Source of the DNA: Ptychomitrium polyphyllum
Lineage: Eukaryota
Reading direction: 5' to 3'
DNA length: 64,000 nucleotides
Assembly: GCA_973851085.1 (NCBI GenBank)
Contig: OZ316775.1
Coordinates: forward strand, 14,012,001-14,076,000
The stretch's first letter is position 1. Every line of letters begins with the position of its first letter. Below, piece by piece: positions 54,097-64,000 of the stretch. The notes below the pieces were generated by a model, which had not been told where the DNA came from, did not search any database, and was given only the letters and a program-made list of their open reading frames with translations. The translations under genes and the position numbers were made by a program.

Positions 54097-56367
54097 ATGT
54101 CTGCCGCTACCAACACTAACTTGCCCAGGCGGATCATCAAGGTAGAGTTCTTGTCGGTGGCGATGAACCTCGTGCTTTCTGTGTTGACTGCCAGGGTTTG
54201 GGTTTGATGTCGATTCTGAGTTTTTTGGTGGAGAATTTGGGTGTGGTTGTTGGATTTTTGGTGCTGGGTGATGGTAAATCTTTGGTGTGGAGGAAGGGTA
54301 GTGTTGTTGGGGCCGAGTCAGTGGTGAGTGTGATCTGGTTTTACGGCGTGGGTATGTACGTAAGCTGGGTGATTTCAGGAAAGGTTAGGTTGGGTGGTGG
54401 GAGTGGGGAGTAGGGTGAGTTCATGGTGTGTGGTGTTTGTGCGGACGATTATGGTTTGTGGATCGTGATTTTGGTATCGGGATTGACGCGGTGGAGGTTC
54501 GGTTGGGTTGGTTGTGTACAGGAAACTCAACGGTTGCTTAGCGAGCCAGGTACGCATGTTTTTGTTTTTGTGGTTAGAGAAGTCTAGGAATGTGCGACAG
54601 GGTTTCATAGACTGTACTTTCATAGCGAGGGAGCAAGTTGTGGAGGTTGGTTCACGTCGGTGTCCTGCTTTTTCTGAGAGGCTGGGCAGATTTTGCGTCA
54701 CTGTTGCAGAATTGTTTTGAAACGGGATGATCAGATGATTGCAGTACAATGTGAATGCTGTCACCCTGTTAAAGTTTGCTTCTAGCTGGCATTAACAGCT
54801 AGGCTCTTGCGGGCTGCTGTATGGTACTCCAGCTCCAGGAATCAGCGCATCACCATCTGAGGAGAATTTGCGGTATTTCAATGTCATGATATTGGGGCCA
54901 TCTCAGTCTCCTTATGAAGGTAAATAAGTGGTTAGATGTTCCTCGAATGTCGCTTTTATGGTGCTAGCCTGAATTTGTTTCTGTTGGTCATGCCAAGTCG
55001 TGTTTGGTTGATCTAATTCCGAGGATTGGTTTGTAAATCCAGGTGGGGTGTTTAAGCTGGAGTTATTCTTACCAGAGGAGTATCCAATGGCTGCACCCAA
55101 GGTGGGAAAACGAATGCTGTGATTTACAGCATTGAAATTTTAGGTCATCGTTTATGTTCTAAGCCAGGTTTGAATGGTATACATGATTTGTGTTCTTTAG
55201 ATCCGTTTTTTAATGCTGACCTTTGCTCAGTTTGGGAAATCAACTTCTTCATATTAATACAGCATTTCAATACATCCCGAATTGCCTTTGGTTAGGTATC
55301 ATGTTGTCAGTCTTGTTCTTGAGGATTTGATTTTATTTGACGTTGAGTATTCTATATATGGAGGATTCTTTCCGTTCCGAATCATTGTTCAGAATTGCGT
55401 GAGCCACGTGTTCGGGAGCGAGAGTTTCCATCACGTTTTGCCTTCACTGAATAAATAAACTGCTTTTGGGATTTGTTGTTGGTTCTTTTGTAGGTTCGGT
55501 TCTTGACGAAGATATACCATCCCAACATTGATAAGGTGAGGCGCTATTCTTATCTCAGTGATGCAATTTACACACATGAGTATAAGAAACGGTGTGTATA
55601 TCAAGGGGAAGCTTGAGATGTTCTTTAAATGCCTAGTGATCCAGTTTGATAAGGGTGACAATTTTGTGGCTTCGTCAACTTATTGTTTTCTCTTCATATC
55701 CATTTTCAGCTGGGACGGATCTGCCTGGATATCCTTAAAGACAAATGGAGCCCTGCTCTTCAAATTCGCACTGTACTTCTCAGGTTTGTATAAATTGTAT
55801 GCCGGTTGACGTGCTACCGGAATTTTTTTGTTGTGAGAATCTTTATTGGACCTGTTTGGGTTTCTGAGTAGGTCTTTGATAGTTCCAGAATAATGAATGG
55901 CTCCATAAGTGCTTGAAGATCGAGATCAACGGAGTGTTTGCTTTTATTTTAATTATATAAAATTGCATAGTAACAGTAAATGTACTTGGTGGTGCTTACC
56001 AGCATTCAGGCTCTCTTGAGTGCGCCTAATCCAGACGATCCTCTAGCTGAAAATGTTGCCAAGCACTGGAAGACGAACGAAGTGGAGGCTGTCGAGACTG
56101 GTGAGTACATCCTTTCTTAGATTAATGTAGTTCAAAGTGACCCCTTTTTCCTGGGGTCCTAGTTGTATGGAATATTTAAATGTATTTAATAACGAGCTGG
56201 CCAATACAAAGATACACCTCATAGCATTTCTCTACGTTTTATGCCGATTGTTGTATTTCTTACATCGATTTCCGTGCCATTGAACATATTGCTGATATCT
56301 TCCTGTTGCTTTGTCTATCATTGGAGCAGCTAGGGAGTGGACTCGTTCATACGCAAGTGGCACCTGA
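54097..56367 (+). CDS. UBC13: Ubiquitin-conjugating enzyme E2, UBC13 (UBC35/36) type, copy b; 8 exons, 156 aa
   Basis: Exons 54097-54141, 54522-54549, 54833-54919, 55043-55101, 55494-55535, 55710-55783, 56003-56100, 56330-56367; same exon sizes as copy a; catalytic GRICLDIL intact. Confidence 0.95.
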
Positions 56368-58236
56368 TTATTGTTTGGTGCTTCGGTTCAACACACGGAG
56401 AGGTGAGGAGCAGGAGCGAGTTTGGGGAAGAACTCGGGAGTGACTAGACGGTATTGGACGGAGTACGGAATGGGTGAATGCCGCCAGGGGGCTACATATA
56501 GGAAGTATAGTTGTGAATTTGTCACGTCTATACTTCTGAGGTTATGGATTGTCCATCCATGCAGGGAGAGTGCAAGTAACCCAGCTCTTTGATATTCCAG
56601 TGCATTATAAGCCTCCCCTGTTCGTTTGAGTGGTCATCTCTTATCTTAATGTCGTTGTGTCCAGGCCAGGGCCTATTTTGGTATTTTTCTGCATATTAGA
56701 CAGGCCTTTCGTTATACCTTCTATCGATTCACTTGATTTAGATTCTGGTATTGTATACTTTATACTACCCCAATGAAGGCACTACATGATTTGTAGTGCA
56801 TGTGTGCAAGGATTTTGCGAAGGTCTTAGAAGAAGGGCTTTATGTGTACGTGTTATAGACAGATCTTTTGTGTGCTTGGTACCTATTCCTCAGGAGTTAT
56901 CATAGTTAGCAGGAGTAAGATAAGGTCAGCTTCGATCAAGGTTATTGAGAAATTTTTGAACGTACAATGTAGGAGATCAGATGGGTGGATGCTGGTAGCT
57001 ATTTATGAACGACGTGGTGGCGTCTGTGAAGCCAGGCTTGATACCTAGCTGTTGGCCTGAATTTAGCCATCGTGAACATCAACATGATTTGTTATTTATT
57101 GCTATGATTATCTGAAGAAATGTTACCTGAGTATTGAATTTTTAGCTCTGATTAGGATAATAAGTAGAAGTTGCAGTTGTTCACTGCCAAGAAGTCAAAA
57201 TGCCAAAATTCACTTGTGTTCTAAAAGTTCTATTTTATCTACAGATAAATGAGTACAAATAAATGCTTACTTGCACACGTGCTCTATATGGGGTACGTAA
57301 GAATATGCTTTATAGCCTGCTATAAACGTTATGTGAAGTAGAAATCCAGGATCAAATCGAGTCCAAATTTACCTTCTCCTTTACACTGAAGGCTCCAAAC
57401 GGTAGTTCATTGATGACATCCACTATTTGGCTTGAGGGGTCGTTCTGAAGCACCTGCCTCCGCAATCAACATTAGCAGCAACACTAGCCAATACACTGGT
57501 GCTGGTAGCGCCCCATTCACGATCCTCACGATGCGTGGGATTCACTCTGTTCCCTCTTCTTTCTCATTCTTGCAATAAACATCCTATCAACTTGTGGCTC
57601 GAGAACTCTACGACACATCCCCTCGTGAAATACCGAACTACCCTGCTCATGACCAAGAAATGCACTCTGAATTGAATACCTGGGAATCAGAACTCGTTTT
57701 CAGGACAATTGTGTGGACTAATACGTTGTTGCATGTCAAACCCTTCCATCTCCACAGAAACCAGCTTTTTGCATCCCAAGGAATGTCATAAGATTGTCGC
57801 AGCGGAAGTGGTGGAATTCATTCATCACTGACTAACTCCGATGGAGAGTGAGGATCGGCGATCAGCAGAGGATGGAAGCTCCCACCTGGTATTGATGCCC
57901 GGAAATAACCGGGTATGTTGACGAAGCTTGGAACAACGAGTAGGATGGATGAGGAGAGACTAGAGTGCAGTGGATGAGCTCCCTAACTTCCGAAGAAACT
58001 ACACCTGATGCGTTTTCGTGGGTGAAGTTTCTGGTTTGATCGAGTTTTTGATGGATCAAGAATTGTGAGTCGGATGGTGGGAACTGCAATGCAGCGATCA
58101 TCGCGTGAGGATGGCAACCCATGAGCTTCAGTTCATTGTGTTACATGTGGCGTCAACGAGCAAGAGCGTTGTAAGGATGCGTTGTTGATGCGTTTTGAAG
58201 AGGTTGGTGTGAGAATTTGTACAGAGGTCTCTGGAG

Positions 58237-61200
58237 ATGGCGAAGTGGTGGGTGGTGTGGGGAGGCGGGGTGTTGGGGATCGCTATCCGATTGCTGTTGG
58301 TGGTCATGGGGTCCGTGTCGCTGCTGGACCATCGCGTGGAGGTTGTGAGCCCTGTGACGAGCCTCTCTCGCTGTAAGCATTCTGCTCTGGGCCATGAGTT
58401 TGGGTGTGGATCACTCAGCTGATGGAGAAGGCTCTCAGAAGAGAGGAAAAAATGGTACATGATTTGCATGGCATATTACAGCCCTTGTTGTAGATCCATT
58501 GTTTGTCTGGACTCAGAGTGTTTGGTTCTGGTGGTTTTGGGAAAACCCTAAATGCAAATGTGGTAGCAAATCTGCTTGCAAATGCGCGAGCTCGTCTTTT
58601 GGCTTCTGGATTAATATGTTAGTGTGGATTCCAACTCCACGGCAAGTTCTTAAAGATCAATTTGTCTATGAGCACTCTGGCAAGCAGGTTTGTAGTCCAG
58701 AGTTTTCAGGAACATTATGAGCTCCTGGTCCCTGGAGGTCGTAACCTTCTAATGAATGTGGCCTCGAGTTTAAGAGTGCTGGATATGCACGGAAAAACAA
58801 ATGTTTTCAGTTGACCTGTACAGTTCTTGAAGATGCTACGAGCTAACTTACATCTATCTATATATTTAAGCTTCATGGACTTTTTCTTGACATTTTCGCG
58901 ACTGTGTTTGTATTGCTTGCAGTAGCAGAAGGATATTGGCTCAAGGAATATGGCATGTCACCTTACGCAGGTCAGCATCATTTGTTGAGATTCATTGTGC
59001 ACAACGATGCTCGTAACTATAATTTAGCATCGTGGTTTTACAAGTGACTCCATTGCCTCCTCTTCGATAGATGTAATATAATCCAAGTTTTAGGTTTGCA
59101 ATCCAAATTTACCTAGTCACCAAATTCACTGATATGAATTTTATTAGTTGCACAGTGCGATTACTTTCCTGTTTCCTCTGCTCTGCGTGATGCATATGCG
59201 CACCTGGATGATTCGTTATGTTGTATTTGCAGGTTCTGCTTATCATGGATCACCTTTGTTACTCTCCTTGGTCGGCCCCATTATCGGTGACAGGTAATGC
59301 AGTTCATATACACTACTCTATGCGGCTAGTGATTTGTATATACATTTTGTTTAATTTATGTCTATAGCTAATCAATGTCTTGGTATCAAGTGTAGATACC
59401 TCGCTGGTATGTTGACCCATTTTCCATTGGCGTGGTTGCAGACAAGGAACATCTATAAGTGATTTATTGCGGAGGCAAGCCCTTACGCTTTGGCATCATT
59501 GTGCTTTTCTCTTTGCTCAGCTTTTTTTCATGTCATCCATTGATTATGATTCTTGCTTCCTATTTTCTCTTCATTGAGGTACATTTGATTGCGGAGTTAA
59601 AGATGTTTGCTTATGAGTGCTCTACACTGAGCTTGTAACAACGAAGTGGATTCAAACAGTGTGTGGGTGCAGCTGTTTCTTGTTTCTTGTTGCAGATATC
59701 ATAAGTGCTCTATTGTTAAGGTCCATTGGAAAGGTTTTGGAGCGTACTCATTCCGAGCACTTTCTATTGCTTGGACTTGCGGATCCATCCAGAGTTGAAG
59801 TTGACAGGAAAGGTATATAGCTGCTGGTGCTGTTTTAGTTATTGGTATATGTTCTTGGCGTGAATTTGTTGCTCAGATTTTGGCTTGTTGGCAGATATTG
59901 ATATGGATGAGACATGTTAACTCATACCTATCATCTGTCATTGCAGATGCGCTTGGAGCTGGAGATCTTTCTTTCTTGATTTACCTGTTTAATCCCTTCA
60001 CCATCGCTGTCTGTGTGGGTGGCTCAACGTCTTCGATTGAGAATATGCTTATATTTCTCTGCTTGTACGGAGCTGCTGCAGGTCAGAAGTTTTCTTTGGT
60101 TGTCTTGCGAACAATCTCATCCAAAGCTCACTAGATCTAGCTTACGTGAATCAAGCTCACTTGATCTAGTTTCTGATATGTTGTAAATTTCAGACCCGAG
60201 GGGACTAGCAAAGGCTCAAACGTAAGTTAGATAAAATACATGGATAAAATATGATATGGCCTGAGCAGGTTAATCTGATGGGTGACAGGGAAATTACCAT
60301 TAGCAGGTTTTGGATGGGCCATGGCAACACATTTGAGCATGTATCCAGTTTTCCTCTTCATCCCTGTGTGTACACCATTTCCTTAAACCTTCTTTGCATA
60401 CCTGTTAGATATTGTAGACCTTTTAGCGATTGTTTCTTTGTCAACGAGTCTTGACATGGCCAAATTTGATTTAAAAATCGTAGTTACATTGTCAGGACTT
60501 TTATCCTTAATGATCTACTATTTGCTTCTGATATTTACTGCTGCAAAAGCTGAACAAAATTGATATATAATCTTAGTTTAAAAATGAAAGATCATGATCT
60601 GATCCTGTTTCTAACTGTGCGCTCTGAGAGTTTTCGTAGATTGCTTTTCTACTGGCGAACGGGGCTGATAGTCCTTCAAGTAAACTGTTCAAATTATCAG
60701 AAATTGTCGATTCAGCTGCCGAGAGAGATTCATCTAATCAAGAGGATGGTAAGGAGACAACAAAGCCAGTGCCCAAGGAGTTGCAAAAACTACACTTGCT
60801 ATCATCACGGAGAAAGTGGGTGGTTGTGCTTAAGTTGGTTCTGTGGTCAACTGTCTCATGGGTGTGCATCTTGAGATTGTGCAAGCTTGCACTGCGGGGC
60901 CGCTCCAGCTTGGTTAACATGTGGCTAGAGTAAGTGTAATTAGTGACAATCATTGAATAATCTTAGTGTTATCTCTAATTGCCTTGCACGAGGCTAGAAT
61001 TTGTGTTCTGAGCGAGTTTTCAGATGAAATATTGATAAAGGAGTGATTACATTTGTGTAGATTTGTCCATGATTTGTCCTATTCATATTTACAAGTTCAC
61101 ATTTGCTGAGTAGAAGTGAACTCTGCTATCTAATATATTGCAAGGCAGGTTGCACGTGAACCCTTTTCCTGATGTATGGTAAATCTAATTTGACTTATTT

Positions 61201-62731
61201 GGTGTCCCTTGGTAATGTGACCTTTATGTCTCTGATGAATTTCAGGACTCACAAGTACATGCTCACTGTGGACGACCTAACACCCAACTTGGGTCTTTTC
61301 TGGTAAGTAATTTTTTGGCTGAATGGCCCTCGGTGTTTCCTCTATTAACGGCAGGGCTTGTACCACCTTAAAAGTCGGCTATTCTTCCTTGTGTTGATGT
61401 AGTTATCGCCATCCAGTTACAGAGGTGGGCGTATTTTTGGCATATATTTTATTTGTTTGTATGAATTAGACCTCCGTTGATAACTAATTGATGATCATCA
61501 TAGGAGATTTTGAGCAGGATCTTACGGAGTTTGCGTTTGGTTAGGACTGCAGGTATTTCTTTACAGAAGTGTTCGACTTTTTTCGTACCTTCTTTCTGAT
61601 GGTCTTTCACGCAAACATAGTTTTCATGGTTCCGCCTCTCACAATCCGACTCCATCATCGACCCATTTTTCTTGCATTTATTATCACGGCAATTTGCTCT
61701 ATGGTCAAGTCCTATCCTACGGTAAGTGATCAGTCCGATGATTCCGACTGATATTTATGCCGAGTGTGCACATATAATCATATAATGGTGAAAGCTGTAT
61801 GATATGATGATTGTACCAATCAAGAAAGTGCTTAACAGTTGTGCTCAACAAATGTGCAATTTTTGCTACTCACAAAATGTTTCCGTTTGCAGGTTGGTGA
61901 TGCAGCCCTGTACATGGGGTTGATGTCGCTTTGTATCCATGTATTGTCTGGTGAGACACGCCACACCTTTCGAATTTGAGATTTGACTCCTTTGACGATA
62001 ACAGAACATTATTCTACTGTCTACATAATGAAACAACTTTTTATCTGTCAAGCCAATGTCAATGACCGTCCATGTTGCTGAGAGCTTATCATCTTGAATT
62101 GCTGTGGTCTGGTGCAGATCTCCAGTACTTTTATCTCTTATTGAACGGATACATCCTGATTAGTATCCTTGGCCCTGTTATGTACAACTTGTGGATATTT
62201 AGGGTATGTTTGTTCACGCTGTTTGCTTGCACGTGGTTGCCCTATCCTAAAACTTCAGTTCTCTTGCTGTTTTCTCATTTTAAAAATTTTTATTCTATAT
62301 CAGGGTACACGCTCAATATAATTGATCACCCTTTGATTGATATCTTATGTACAGGGAACAGGAAATGCAAATTTCTATTTCGCCATCAACCTCGTGTATA
62401 CCATTCTACAAGTGCGTTGCATTTCTTACCTTCAGATATTGGATGTGCTGTTTCTGGGAACCTTGATAATGAGTGCACCTAATGCTTTTTCAAAGAGGAG
62501 TATGTTTCTTGTGATAGTGTAGGTCTTTCGGTGTATTCTTTTTTCTTACATTTTATACTCAAAATCCTAGAAGCATTGAATTACTTGAATTTCTTTAGTG
62601 AATTTTATTTAATACTATTTCAAATCGGTTTGCAGACGGTGCTGATTGTGGAAAGTGTGAGCACAGTCATTCGGTATGACAGGAATTTGCTGAAGCAGAT
62701 CAAGCTGCAGAAGAGGAACAAATCTTCATAG
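58237..62731 (+). CDS. PIGU: GPI transamidase subunit PIG-U (CDC91/Gab1 family), 14 exons, about 480 aa
   Basis: Exons 58237-58372, 58923-58970, 59233-59293, 59442-59474, 59673-59812, 59947-60081, 60289-60365, 60640-60929, 61246-61302, 61553-61721, 61893-61950, 62118-62203, 62355-62411 and 62636-62731 join in frame. Motifs RVEVVSPVTS, SPYAGSAYHGSPL, YLFNPFT, LTPNLGLFWYFFTEVF, KSYPTVGD, GTGNANFYFA. Confidence 0.92.
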
Positions 62732-64000
62732 CTTTACACAAAAATGATGCAAGTGAAACGATTTACCGGTAGTCATCAAAGGAGGTAGGAAGAAAACAGG
62801 ACTTACAGAATATTTTGTAGTTGCTTTGAGTGCTCCAGAGCTTACGAATTAGAAGAAATGTGTTCCAAGGATGTTTACATCATTCAAACAAGTCATTCAA
62901 TCCATCACGTGAGTCATCCGAAGATGCCCTAAATCATGCCCTAAATCGTCCAGTGCGTGAAGTCAAAGGGGCTTCAAACATGGATACTTTGAAAGGATAC
63001 TCAAATTTTCACCTTTCACTTTGAAGTCTTCTGTATGGTAACATCCTGTGTAATACGTTGATCGAGAATAAAATTAAACTAAAACTTTGAGCTTTGTAGA
63101 TAATAATTCCGCAGTCACCGCAGGTGCAGTACAATCGTATATACTTCCCAGTTCGAATTCAACAGTGCACGACACAGTCCGAGATTGACAACACTCCAGA
63201 GGAACTTAATTACTCATTTGTTGAGGTCTACGTTACAAGCATATGGATCTTGTATGTGTGCTAAGCCAATTCGAAGCCAATCCTGAAAGCTGTTCAAGAT
63301 GTATTCTAATTGACATGGTGATTTGATGAATTCCTCGCGTGAAAGAAGTTCCTTTCGTATCTACTCAGCTGACTCATACGAAGCCCTCTTCAGCAATTGT
63401 CCATGAGAAGACCATAATTACGCGTCAACGTAATTTCACAATCTGTCCTCTACGTGGAGTGCAAATTGCGATGTGTCCCAAAAGTCCTGCATAGTATTAT
63501 TGCCAGTCAGACTCTAAATTTTCTAAGTACTTTTCATTCTCATCTGAGGCCAAGCTTGAATATTGAGCAGCGGGGTTCCGTCGACCACAACTAACTCAGA
63601 CAATCGGCTACCTTCAAACTTATTGCAGTCTCCGAAAGTAAGGGAACTATATATAAAACTGCTACTCTGCGCAAAAGTAACACTACCTTATATTTGCAAT
63701 GTATGGGTTTGTTGATCTATCATCTTTTTGTCTGAAATTGTTTACCAGGCTTAGGGTTTCAGGGTTTAAGGTTCAAGAGCAAGAACTTTGTGGTTCTGAC
63801 ACAGTTCAGAAAATTGCACAAGTGAAGTTCTCTTTTCAACTACCGTATGAAAATGAGCTGTCCTACACTCACGGTGGAATCTTATATATTCGCCGTTAGA
63901 TTGTCTTTCCTGCTAGATTGCTCGAGGCCTCCATTTATTCAGCAGCTGAGTCTGAGGGTGGCCGAGTTTGAAAATATGAATTTGTACGTCGGAAAATTCT

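Noticed and set aside
63640..64000. TATA-like and TAGGGTTT motifs suggesting a promoter of a downstream gene
   Set aside because: No coding sequence within the window to anchor the call.

Overview
Eukaryotic plant DNA, most likely a moss such as Physcomitrium patens. This is inferred from the retrotransposon types and gene/intron style, not from a database match. Two blocks of nested, degenerate LTR retrotransposons (about 1-14.8 kb and 38.9-52.4 kb) contain chromodomain-bearing Ty3/Gypsy elements of two families (called A and B here) and two Ty1/Copia elements. Five spliced genes could be reconstructed exon by exon: an ALKBH1-like dioxygenase, a class III peroxidase, two head-to-head UBC13-type E2 paralogs and a PIG-U GPI transamidase subunit. 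There are also one clear and one doubtful F-box pseudogene and several tandem repeats. I found nothing I can defend as a wholly new biological system. The most notable signals are: a 117-bp perfectly identical tract between the otherwise diverged inverted UBC13 paralogs (likely gene conversion); a Tf1-like self-priming PBS, heat-shock-element arrays and a covarying -1 frameshift hairpin in the Gypsy elements; a Gypsy copy with inverted LTRs; and a half-tRNA-primed Copia lacking a target-site duplication.
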